From the NCBI GenBank assembly GCA_042218325.1, contig JBDGRE010000012.1, positions 1-20,279 on the forward strand: a stretch of DNA of 20,279 bases, given 5' to 3'. The DNA comes from Candidatus Nanohaloarchaea archaeon (GTDB taxonomy: Archaea; Nanohalarchaeota; Nanosalinia; Nanosalinales; Nanosalinaceae). A model generated the notes under the pieces. It saw only the letters and a program-made list of their open reading frames with translations, was not told where the DNA came from and searched no databases. This document shows, in pieces, positions 1 to 7,482 of the stretch (position 1 is the stretch's first letter; each line of letters begins with the position of its first letter). Position numbers and translations under genes: made by a program.

Positions 1-95
1 ACGAATATCGCGCCGAATGACAGCACAGCGATTGCGAACTCGTCCATCCAGTTCTCGGCCTGGTAAAGGAACTCGTGAAATTTTTTCTCGTTCAT
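1..95 (-). CDS. Hypothetical membrane protein, 5' part only (runs off the window start); not in ORF track
   Basis: Hand translation MNEKKFHEFLYQAENWMDEFAIAVLSFGAIF...; its ATG overlaps the upstream TGA (ATGA at 95-92) and a GGAGGT SD lies about 8 nt upstream. Confidence 0.75.
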   Translation of the reverse strand, partial: MNEKKFHEFLYQAENWMDEFAIAVLSFGAIF

Positions 96-232
96 CCGAA
101 TAAACCTCCGCCACTATTCATACCCACTCCCTGGTTTCGGCTACCCATGAACTTGGCAAGCAGAAATCCTGCTGCGATCCCTGCCACCAAGACATCCGGG
201 TTCCTCATGATAGCAGACATCAGTTTCGCCAT
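92..232 (-). CDS. 46-aa Gly-rich single-TM small protein; not in ORF track
   Basis: MAKLMSAIMRNPDVLVAGIAAGFLLAKFMGSRNQGVGMNSGGGLFG; fills the gap, has an ATGA overlap with the next gene and an AT-rich upstream region with TATTTAAA near 280-287. Confidence 0.7.
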   Translation of the reverse strand: MAKLMSAIMRNPDVLVAGIAAGFLLAKFMGSRNQGVGMNSGGGLFG

Positions 233-293
233 CGTATAAGACATTTTTTATCTCCTTACTCTACGATTTCCTGCGGTGGTTTAAATATTTGGT

Positions 294-1265
294 TCAGGCT
301 GCGCCGCTGAGTTCCTGTTCCGCCTGGGAAGCTGCCTGATTTTCGGACTCTGCAAGCTGCTGGCGCTCCTGCTCTATCTGCTGCATCGTCTCTCCGATAG
401 ACTGCATCTCGCCCCGGACCTGCTCTATGTGAGACTCCAGGGTCTGGACATCGCCCTTCGGGAACTCACCATGCTGCTGTGAGAACTGTGCTATCATCTC
501 CTCCAGCTCTCCAAGTTCTTCCACTATACGGGAATCCTCGCTCTCTTCCTCTTCCAGCATCTGTATCTCCTGCTTGACCTCTTCGAGCTCCTGATGTAAA
601 TCCTGGTCCGCCTTCTGCTCCAGTTGTTGAAGCTTCTCCTCGTGCTCCTGGAGCTTCTCCAGTAACTGCTGGGTCTGCTGGATCTCCCCTTCCTCGTCCT
701 GGAGTATGTTAAGGAGTTCCTGATCCTGGTTCCTCGCGTACTCTACAAGACCCTCGTAGATCTCGTCGGCTTTTTCCAGCTGCTCTCTTAACTCACGGAT
801 GGCCTCTGTACTGTACTCTATCTCTTCTACCTCGTTCAGGAACGTGGTTTCCTCTGCCTCTACGTCGGATTCCTCTTTCTGTATTAACTGCTTTATCTCC
901 TGGAGCCTGTTCTCGATATCAGAAACTTCCTGTACAACATTCTGTTCGAACTGGGACTCGAACTGCTCTATCTTCTGTATCTCCTCCTGTGAGAGCGCGC
1001 CCTGTTCCTTGTTGCTAAGTTTTCTCAGAGTTTCAGCATCACTCGTGATGAGAGAGTGGATATCGTCCAGATCGCTTTTGATCTGCTTCAGGTCCTGAAT
1101 CTCGGTTTCTTCCTCGCTTATCGTCTCCTCTTCGGCATTGACCAGTTCCTCAAGCGCCTGGATATCCCTGTCGATGGCGTCGAGCAACTCCTGCTCGCCC
1201 TCAATCTCGTTAGCTAGAGCCTGTCTCAAATCCTCTGTCAGTTCTCGTATGTCCTTTTTGCTCAT
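294..1265 (-). CDS. Acidic long coiled-coil protein, 323 aa, function unknown
   Basis: E/Q/L/I-rich heptad pattern throughout, almost no Pro or Gly, no Walker motifs; GGTGA SD at 1274-1270. Confidence 0.85.
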   Translation of the reverse strand: MSKKDIRELTEDLRQALANEIEGEQELLDAIDRDIQALEELVNAEEETISEEETEIQDLKQIKSDLDDIHSLITSDAETLRKLSNKEQGALSQEEIQKIEQFESQFEQNVVQEVSDIENRLQEIKQLIQKEESDVEAEETTFLNEVEEIEYSTEAIRELREQLEKADEIYEGLVEYARNQDQELLNILQDEEGEIQQTQQLLEKLQEHEEKLQQLEQKADQDLHQELEEVKQEIQMLEEEESEDSRIVEELGELEEMIAQFSQQHGEFPKGDVQTLESHIEQVRGEMQSIGETMQQIEQERQQLAESENQAASQAEQELSGAA

Positions 1266-1273
1266 AGTATCAC

Positions 1274-2002
1274 CTATTTAGCAGCTCCACATTTCCAGCA
1301 GTTCGCACCTGAACCCTGTGCATTCGGTCCGGGGAATCCGCAGTTCGGGCACTTGTAGGTTGCGTATGCGCTGTAGACCGCTCCGATACCAGCGACTCCT
1401 GCCGCACCTGCGGCCGCTCCCAGACCCTTTACCTTCTGGAACGCTTTCTGGGCCGGAGAGCCTGTATAGGCACTGTAACCTCTTTTAGCTCCTCCACTAC
1501 CCCACCCAAGGGCGCCGTACACGGAACCTATACCTCCGAATATAACCAGTATAGCAAGTGCCACTAGCAGGAATCCGAATCCTATCCACAGTAGCATACC
1601 TATGTTGTTCGCGAAGAAGAAGAACTTGCCGCTCCCGAGGAACATCAGGGTAAGTATCAGAGATAGCCCGAAGATATGCCACTTGTTGAACGTTGATCCT
1701 CTGGAGTTTATCAGGCCGAGTTCGTCGGCTCCGAAGTATACTATCAGGTAGACGGAGAACAGGACAAGCAGTGCACCGGATCCGTAGAACATCTGCTGTG
1801 TTTCGCTGAAACTGTTCCAGTCGCCCGGCACGATGATGTCGAATATAAAACTAACGAAGCCCGTGACCGCGTTCACGATCATGTCTACAGGGTTTCCCAG
1901 GCTGGGTCCCTCGACTATCGGATCGTCGGATGGGCCCTGCGCGGCAGCAACAGTTGCGAAAGACATGACCGCAACGAAGAATATCGCCGCCTTTTTGTTC
2001 AT
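1274..2002 (-). CDS. Multi-pass membrane protein with signal peptide and C-terminal zinc ribbon
   Basis: N-terminal MNKK-hydrophobic-AAA signal, 3-4 hydrophobic helices, Gly/Ala-rich segment GLGAAAGAAGVAGIGA, and CPNCG...CWKCG at the C-terminus. Confidence 0.85.
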   Translation of the reverse strand: MNKKAAIFFVAVMSFATVAAAQGPSDDPIVEGPSLGNPVDMIVNAVTGFVSFIFDIIVPGDWNSFSETQQMFYGSGALLVLFSVYLIVYFGADELGLINSRGSTFNKWHIFGLSLILTLMFLGSGKFFFFANNIGMLLWIGFGFLLVALAILVIFGGIGSVYGALGWGSGGAKRGYSAYTGSPAQKAFQKVKGLGAAAGAAGVAGIGAVYSAYATYKCPNCGFPGPNAQGSGANCWKCGAAK

Positions 2003-2025
2003 AGATGGTAGTCAAATATTGGACA

Positions 2026-2033
2026 CTTAAATA
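2026..2033 (-). promoter_or_regulatory. TATA box for a probably leaderless transcript of 1274-2002
   Basis: TATTTAAG 24-31 nt upstream of ATG 2002, preceded by A-rich AACAAAC. Confidence 0.55.
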
Positions 2034-2039
2034 GTTTGT

Positions 2040-2543
2040 TCAGAGTCGCCGGATGAGGAACAGAAGGGCCGCCAGGGCGAATATCCCCATCATGAGATAA
2101 ATCGAACCGCCGAACACCCACGCCACGACATCGTTTATCTTCCTGAAGAACGGTGTCGGGACTATCATCCCTGTTATCACCAGGGACAGCATCATGGACT
2201 GTTTCCTGACCCTTTTCCTCTTCTTGCTGTACGGGTCACCGGTCAGCAGAGCCCCTGTTGTGGGCTCATCGTCTGCAAGAGTGAACAACAGGCCGCGGTA
2301 GAGACCTATCTGCAGCACCAGCGCTATCAGCAGGAACGGCGCGACCAGCTGGGTAAGAATCTCTCTATGCGAATCATAATGAGGTAGACTGAAACCTGTT
2401 TCGGCGGAAATCGTACCGGAGCCTCCCCCATCCGCGTAGTAGTGGGAAGCTGTCACAGGAGCGACAAGAAGTATCGATGCGAGGACAGCCAGAGAGACTT
2501 TACTCGCCGAAATCCAGATCACCTTCGTCGAGTCCGCCTGCAT
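2040..2543 (-). CDS. Membrane protein with signal-like N-terminus and about 3 TM helices; start uncertain (ATG 2543 or GTG 2522)
   Basis: KVSLAVLASILLVAPVTA signal-like segment; LVAPFLLIALVLQ, MLSLVITGMIVPTPFF and a C-terminal hydrophobic helix; basic loop KKRKRVRK. Confidence 0.8.
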   Translation of the reverse strand: MQADSTKVIWISASKVSLAVLASILLVAPVTASHYYADGGGSGTISAETGFSLPHYDSHREILTQLVAPFLLIALVLQIGLYRGLLFTLADDEPTTGALLTGDPYSKKRKRVRKQSMMLSLVITGMIVPTPFFRKINDVVAWVFGGSIYLMMGIFALAALLFLIRRL

Positions 2544-2772
2544 CACCGCCGATACCGACCCCGCCACCCGAGCGGACTTTCTCGAGGTATGCCGGAATAA
2601 GCTCGTCGACCACGAAACCGGCTATAAGGCCGGCTCCGGCTATAACTATAAGACGTGTAAGGAACTCCGAGAGGCCGAGGTATGCCTGGAAGCGAGTGGT
2701 CAGCCCCAGAGAGAAAAGGTAACCTCCGACCGAGGCTGCCGGGAAAGCGATGTACTTCCAGGGGTCTCTCAT
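2500..2772 (-). CDS. 90-aa membrane protein with 2 TM helices and a Gly-rich acidic tail
   Basis: Two hydrophobic segments followed by GGGVGIGGDAGGLDEGDLDFGE; ATAAAAA about 23-29 nt upstream of the ATG. Confidence 0.75.
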   Translation of the reverse strand: MRDPWKYIAFPAASVGGYLFSLGLTTRFQAYLGLSEFLTRLIVIAGAGLIAGFVVDELIPAYLEKVRSGGGVGIGGDAGGLDEGDLDFGE

Positions 2773-2824
2773 AGCAACTAATAACAGACCGTGGTTTTTA
2801 TCTTACTGCCCCGGACCTACGTTT

Positions 2825-3304
2825 TTACTGGAGATGCTCGGCCTTCTCTACAGCATCTTCGAGCATAGGAATCTGCTCTTCCTCTATCTGAGAGATCTTG
2901 TTCTCGATATCGGATTCTTCCTGGCCAATCTTCTCGTAGAGCTCGTCCTTTTCGCGCAGGTCAGAGATAATCTCCTTCAGATCTCTCTCGATCTGGGCTG
3001 CTTCCTGCTCTACTTCCGGAAGATCTCTTTCGAGCTGCTTGAACTTCTCCACGTTCTCGAACTCCGCCGATAGAGCGGCCGGAGATACGGTTCCGTTATC
3101 GTCCATGTACTGATTCAGGTCGACTCTCTCCAGATCCTGAAGTACTTGGATATCAGGCTCGATATTTTCGAAACGCTCCAGTGCGTCGCTCAGATCCTGC
3201 AGGATTTCCTCGCTAAGTTCGACCTCGTGCTCCTCCTTTTGCAGCTCGTCCTTGATTTCTTCAGCTAGGTTATGTAGATCTGATCCGGATCCAAATAGCG
3301 GCAT
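2825..3304 (-). CDS. Acidic coiled-coil protein, 159 aa, function unknown
   Basis: E/L/I heptads; GGTGA SD 7 nt upstream of the ATG; AT-rich upstream region. Confidence 0.85.
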   Translation of the reverse strand: MPLFGSGSDLHNLAEEIKDELQKEEHEVELSEEILQDLSDALERFENIEPDIQVLQDLERVDLNQYMDDNGTVSPAALSAEFENVEKFKQLERDLPEVEQEAAQIERDLKEIISDLREKDELYEKIGQEESDIENKISQIEEEQIPMLEDAVEKAEHLQ

Positions 3305-3344
3305 GTTGTTGTCACCTTTGTTGAATATAAAACAAGTGCTGCTT

Positions 3345-3572
3345 TTAAAGCTTCCCTAGCCGTTCTAGCGTCTCGAAAATCCCCCATGCATATATTATAG
3401 ATTCGTACGCGCGCACGTAGTCTTCCTCTTCGAGGAAATGCGTGGTATCGTCCCTGTACGCGAGGACGTTTTCCATCTGCTCCACCTCTTTGTCGGCGTC
3501 CTCCAGGCGTTCGTTCAGCTTCTCCAGCCACTTCCGGGTTTCCTCCTCCAGTTTTTCCTGTGTCTCGTTCAT
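3345..3572 (-). CDS. DUF357 family protein
   Basis: 75 aa with AYxxDxxHFLxxxDxVxAxxxIxYAWGxxE pattern; lies directly downstream of dph5, a common archaeal arrangement; GGTGA SD. Confidence 0.85.
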   Translation of the reverse strand: MNETQEKLEEETRKWLEKLNERLEDADKEVEQMENVLAYRDDTTHFLEEEDYVRAYESIIYAWGIFETLERLGKL

Positions 3573-3576
3573 GTTT

Positions 3577-4278
3577 TCACCTGTGGGCTTCGAGGAACTC
3601 TTGCTCCTTGTGGTCTTTCTCGCCCACCAGAATTATGGAGTGCGGCGGTCTTCCCAGGTCCTCCGAGGTCATGTCCTCGAGATTCCCGACGTTTATCCAC
3701 TGGGAGCTGTGGTTGGCGCGCTCTATCACGACAGCTTCCCGGCCCGGGTCGACGCCCATATCGATAAGTTTCTGCGAGGCCCTGTCCGCCTCGTAGTCGA
3801 TGTCGAGCAGTACCAGCGTATGCAGCCCTATGGAGTCATTCTCCTCTATGTGGTCGAGGACCGATACAGGTTTCGCGTTCTCGGGCAGCGTCACGACCCG
3901 GCCGAACTTGTACGCGTTAAGACCTGTCTCCGCGACCGAGGTCAGGATGGACGGGGCGTGGACGACCTCGACTTTCTCGCCCTTTTCCTCGGCCCGGTGC
4001 TTCACGTCGTAATGGGTCGTCGCGGTGAGAGGGTCGCCGGAGACCAGGAACGCCACGTCGCCGTGCTCCAGCGCCTCCAGCATCTTCTCCTGCTGCTCCA
4101 CCTCTTCACGGGAGAGCTGCTGTATCTCCGTCCCGGTATCGTCCTCAAGTTCTTCGATATCGATATTGGCGGTATTGGTGTAGAACTCGGCGAACGCCTC
4201 CTCGACACTGAAAAGCGCTTCGCGTCCCTTAACCGTTATCTCGCCGTCGTCAAGCCCCAGGCCGATGATATACAGCAT
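3577..4278 (-). CDS. dph5: Diphthine synthase (diphthamide biosynthesis methyltransferase), 233 aa
   Basis: Motifs MLYIIGLGL, GDPLTATTH, GLNAYKFGRVVTLP, NxxxGLHTLVLLDI, PPHSIIL; true start is ATG 4278, not 4560. Confidence 0.95.
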   Translation of the reverse strand: MLYIIGLGLDDGEITVKGREALFSVEEAFAEFYTNTANIDIEELEDDTGTEIQQLSREEVEQQEKMLEALEHGDVAFLVSGDPLTATTHYDVKHRAEEKGEKVEVVHAPSILTSVAETGLNAYKFGRVVTLPENAKPVSVLDHIEENDSIGLHTLVLLDIDYEADRASQKLIDMGVDPGREAVVIERANHSSQWINVGNLEDMTSEDLGRPPHSIILVGEKDHKEQEFLEAHR

Positions 4279-4318
4279 AACCGTTACTGATATACAAGTT
4301 CTTATTAGCTGTACGGTC
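4279..4318. promoter_or_regulatory. 40-bp divergent promoter region between dph5 and trm5
   Basis: AT-rich spacer between divergent ATGs, no SD on either side, so both are probably leaderless; the TATA candidates (ATATACAA on +, TAATAAG on -) are weak. Confidence 0.5.
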
Positions 4319-5359
4319 ATGGAGCAGCAGAAGCTGGAGAGCCGGGTACAGGACATCTTCCAGAGCCAGGGCTTCGAGCTGGAGAAAACGGGCACCCGGT
4401 TCGTAGCGGAGAAGGACGAAGTCAGCAAGCAGATGCAGGTGTTCTCCTCGGAAGAGTACAGCCGGGAAGAGGTACCGGAGCAGGCGGAACCAGGGCACAT
4501 TGTGTTCATCGACGAAGGGCTGGAAGAAGTCCACAGCGAGATCGAGAACGAGGTCTCCATCGTCGGCGAAATCGAGGACAGGGAGGAGTACGACCTTCCC
4601 TCCTACGAGCTCATAGGCGATATAGCCGTCATCAATGAGCTGACAGTGCCGGAGGACGAAACCGTCCAGGGCATCCGGGAACACCATCCGCACGTCGAAA
4701 CCATACTACTGAAGGAGGAGCCGCTGGAGGGCGAGTTCCGTGTCGGCGGCTATAGCAAGCTTTACGGCGAGAAAACAGAAACCACGCATACAGAGTTCGG
4801 CTGCTGCTACCGCGTGGACCCGACGAAGGCGTACTTCTCGGAGCGGCTCGCCACCGAGAGGAAAAGGGTTGCTGACAGGGTAGAGCCAGGCGAAAAAGTG
4901 CTGGTGATAGGCGCCGGCGTCGGCCCGTATCCCATACTGATAGCAAGAGTATCGGAACCGGGGAATGTTGTCGCGGTCGAGAAGAACCCTGAGGCGGTGA
5001 AGTTCCTCCGGGAGAACATCGAGCTGAACAGCGTTTCCAACGTCGTGGAGGTGGTGGAGGGAGACGCCCGCGAGGTCGAGTTCGGAGATAAATTCGACCG
5101 TGTTGTGATAGCCGCGCCGGAGTTCGCGGACAGGTTCCTCGAAACCGCGGCACAGAACCTGGAGAACGGGGGATTAATCAACTATTACAGCTTTCGGGAA
5201 GGCGAGAACTGGAGCGCCGTAATCGACGAAATCAGGGCCGCTCTTCCCGGGGATGCCGGTTTCGAGGTGCTGGAGAAGGTCGTCTGCGGACAGCGAGGCC
5301 CGGACGTCGACCGAGTGTGTATTGACCTGCAAGTCACGAAACAACCAGATGATTTATAA
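4319..5359 (+). CDS. trm5: Trm5/Met-10+ family SAM-dependent tRNA G37 methyltransferase, 346 aa
   Basis: SYELIGDIAVI, YFSERLATERKR, GAGVGPY, EKNPEAVKFLRENIELN, GDAR, DRVVI; start ATG 4319 avoids overlap with dph5; subfamily (Trm5a/b/c or Taw2) unresolved. Confidence 0.85.
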   Translation: MEQQKLESRVQDIFQSQGFELEKTGTRFVAEKDEVSKQMQVFSSEEYSREEVPEQAEPGHIVFIDEGLEEVHSEIENEVSIVGEIEDREEYDLPSYELIGDIAVINELTVPEDETVQGIREHHPHVETILLKEEPLEGEFRVGGYSKLYGEKTETTHTEFGCCYRVDPTKAYFSERLATERKRVADRVEPGEKVLVIGAGVGPYPILIARVSEPGNVVAVEKNPEAVKFLRENIELNSVSNVVEVVEGDAREVEFGDKFDRVVIAAPEFADRFLETAAQNLENGGLINYYSFREGENWSAVIDEIRAALPGDAGFEVLEKVVCGQRGPDVDRVCIDLQVTKQPDDL

Positions 5360-5383
5360 AGTTGTTGTCACAAACCAGTGACA
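5353..5383 (+). promoter_or_regulatory. TATA box (TTTATAAA) followed by palindrome TGTCAC-N6-GTGACA
   Basis: TATA at 5353-5360 overlaps the trm5 stop and is 25-32 nt upstream of ATG 5385; perfect inverted repeat at 5366-5383. Confidence 0.65.
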
Positions 5384-5384
5384 T

Positions 5385-6512
5385 ATGGCAATACTACACA
5401 AGATCCGGGACCCCGGCGGAGGCAGCCGCCGAGATTCGGCATTTTCATACGCATCAAACGGATTCAGAGCAGTAGGGCTCGACGCAGTCCCCGACAAGCT
5501 CGACGATGCAAGAGCATGGGGGATCGCAAACCCGAGGGGAGAACTCGCGGCAGTCACCATCGGACCTCCGGCAGCAGACCTCGTGTTCAACGGAGGGCAG
5601 GGCATAGATGCCTGGGGAGACTTCCTGCTCGATGGAGAGGCCGGCAGGCTGGTCGAGGAGTTCCCTCTTAACGAATACCCAGGGAACGTCATCGAGATGG
5701 CCGGCGAGACGGTCAAAGCCGGGGTGGAAACGGTTGACGAGACCCCGAACAACAGCCCCGTATACTGGCTAGGAGAGGGTATCGAAGGCCTGGGAGAACT
5801 CGTGGGAGACCCCGTGCAGTTCTTCGAGTCAGGTCTTGAAGAGGGCGGAACAGTCCATATCGGGCCTGTCGATATCGGAGTCCCGGGCTACGATGTCTCG
5901 GGAATCGGTGGGAACGACACGGAGTACTTCGACGGCTCCATACTCGACGGCTGGTTCGGCTACGAACCCTCCGACGCAGGTGGCGCAGGAACCCCGACAG
6001 CCACACCGGCTGGTACAGAGACACCCGCAGGAACCGCCACAGAGACACCAGCAGGGACGCCGGCAGAGACCTCCACTCCGGCACCAACAGAGACGTCAGG
6101 AGGTGGCGCGTGTGAACTCGACCAGGCGACACATGAGCAGCTGAACAGGAACGCCGACGCGTACAACACCCACAACATCCACAACATCGAGAGAAATGGC
6201 GAAACCCTCCAGGTAGACTACCAGGTCACGACCGAGAGCGGCGAGGAAGTCATGCAGACCGCCGAGATTTCCTACGACGAGCTCGACATGAGCAGTTCAG
6301 AGGTCGAGCTGTTCAGAAGCCTCTCCGAGTCGGAGGTCGAGAACCTGCTGGAACAGTACGCGGCGGACGAGGGCGAGGTCTGCGGCTACGACTCAGCATC
6401 TCTCGGAGCCGCTATAAGCTCCGCTGGAGGGATGGGCCGCGAAGATTACGGGAAACTGCTGGAAGGCAAAGACCGGGCGCTCGAGAACATGGACGCGCTG
6501 GGAAAGAGGTAG
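5385..6512 (+). CDS. Hypothetical acidic two-domain protein with Thr/Pro-rich linker, 375 aa
   Basis: Long acidic ORF with a good promoter; TPAGT-repeat linker; C-terminal domain bracketed by two Cys. Confidence 0.85.
   Translation: MAILHKIRDPGGGSRRDSAFSYASNGFRAVGLDAVPDKLDDARAWGIANPRGELAAVTIGPPAADLVFNGGQGIDAWGDFLLDGEAGRLVEEFPLNEYPGNVIEMAGETVKAGVETVDETPNNSPVYWLGEGIEGLGELVGDPVQFFESGLEEGGTVHIGPVDIGVPGYDVSGIGGNDTEYFDGSILDGWFGYEPSDAGGAGTPTATPAGTETPAGTATETPAGTPAETSTPAPTETSGGGACELDQATHEQLNRNADAYNTHNIHNIERNGETLQVDYQVTTESGEEVMQTAEISYDELDMSSSEVELFRSLSESEVENLLEQYAADEGEVCGYDSASLGAAISSAGGMGREDYGKLLEGKDRALENMDALGKR
5988..6098 (+). repeat. Low-complexity coding repeat (TPAGT x3, TET units)
   Basis: GTPTATPAGTETPAGTATETPAGTPAETSTPAPTETS; imperfect acagagacacc/gcagg DNA units. 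Confidence 0.7.
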
Positions 6513-6529
6513 CCCGGGCGCGACCAGAG

Positions 6530-6537
6530 TTAAAATA
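6530..6537 (+). promoter_or_regulatory. TATA box candidate
   Basis: TTAAAATA 21-28 nt upstream of in-frame ATG 6558. Confidence 0.5.
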
Positions 6538-6737
6538 GTTGTGTTTTAATCACTGTGATGTCACAAATGAGTCCGCCACGCAACCCGGCGCTCGAAGCAG
6601 CGATGAAGGCAGAGGAGGCCATAGAGGAAGCAGTATTCTACGGCAGCCTGGCCGGGCTCGGACTCGGTCTTAATGTTGATTCGTACGGTAGTTCAAAACC
6701 CCGAAAACCACGACACCAAGAAGGAGGTGAACCAGAC

Positions 6738-7142
6738 ATGACATTCGAAGACGAGACAGAGAGAGCAGAACTCGCGCTCGACGACCACGCACAGGCGAGA
6801 GAGTACATCCAGGATGCAGTCGACCGGGTGGTCGACGCAGGAGAGGATGCAGGAGAAGTAGCAGAAGGCCTATACGACGTAGTGGACGAGCTAGAGGGCA
6901 GCGCGGCAAGAGCAGTAGGCATCATGGCCGACTACCTGATGCAGGACCGCAGCGAGATGGACGACAGGGCAGTCGAGCTCCAGGACACAGCCGCAGACCT
7001 TGAGGACACAGTCACGCACGTCCTCAACGAAGCAGGAGTCACGGACCCTGACGCAGTTTACGACGCTCTCTCCCCCTCAGACGAGCACGAGGACCGCCTC
7101 GACAGGATGAGAGACAAAGTCGACAACGTCTACTTCGACTGA
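6738..7142 (+). CDS. Acidic alpha-helical protein, 134 aa (possible 60-aa N-terminal extension from ATG 6558); paralog of the N-terminal domain of 7229-8029
   Basis: Strong SD GGAGGTGA at 6723-6730; similarity to the neighbour begins right at this Met. Confidence 0.8.
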   Translation: MTFEDETERAELALDDHAQAREYIQDAVDRVVDAGEDAGEVAEGLYDVVDELEGSAARAVGIMADYLMQDRSEMDDRAVELQDTAADLEDTVTHVLNEAGVTDPDAVYDALSPSDEHEDRLDRMRDKVDNVYFD

Positions 7143-7482
7143 TCTCCACCTGTTCTTTTTTCTTCCTTCTTAACCAAAACACTTAAAAGAACAGAGTGTT
7201 ACTATCTATACATAACAACGGTGTAATCATGCCTTCGACCGACGACTACGAGGAAGCGGTAGAGCACGTGGAGCTGGCGATGGACGACCACGCCAGAGCC
7301 AGGAATCTGCTGCAGGACGCCGAGGAAAGAGTCACTACCAAAGGTATGTTTGCAGCGGCTGTGGCAGAAGGCATCTACAGGGCGAGAGACGATCTTGAGG
7401 GCGACTACGAGGAGTTCGCAAACCTTGTCCAGGACTACCTGATGCATGACAGGAGAGAGATGGACGACAGGGCAGTCGAGCT
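6954..7482 (+). repeat. 26-bp exact direct repeat in paralogous genes (6954-6979 and 7457-7482)
   Basis: gagatggacgacagggcagtcgagct occurs twice, each preceded by gactacctgatgca; encodes EMDDRAVEL. Confidence 0.9.
7152..7171 (+). terminator. Archaeal oligo-T/pyrimidine terminator candidate
   Basis: gttcttttttcttccttctt begins 10 nt after stop 7142. Confidence 0.55.

Noticed and set aside
294-1265. SMC/Rad50, chemoreceptor or gas-vesicle protein assignment for the coiled coil
   Set aside because: No Walker A/B, hinge, zinc hook or chemoreceptor hairpin signature, and no gvpA-like gene; similarity would be compositional only
274-2800. AAACCAC directly after the putative TATA boxes of two minus-strand genes (near 276-282 and 2791-2797)
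   Set aside because: Only a 7-bp match in two places, partly made of the TATA A-run; too weak to call
4279-4560. 94-aa N-terminal extension of Dph5 in the ORF track, and the 18-aa extension of Trm5
   Set aside because: They overlap the divergent gene; the canonical Dph5 N-terminus MLYIIGLG begins at 4278
5421-5450. SRRDSAF as a Tat signal
   Set aside because: No hydrophobic region follows the twin arginine
6954-7482. 26-bp direct repeat as CRISPR repeat or attachment site
   Set aside because: Only two copies, both in frame within paralogous coding sequence; no cas or integrase gene
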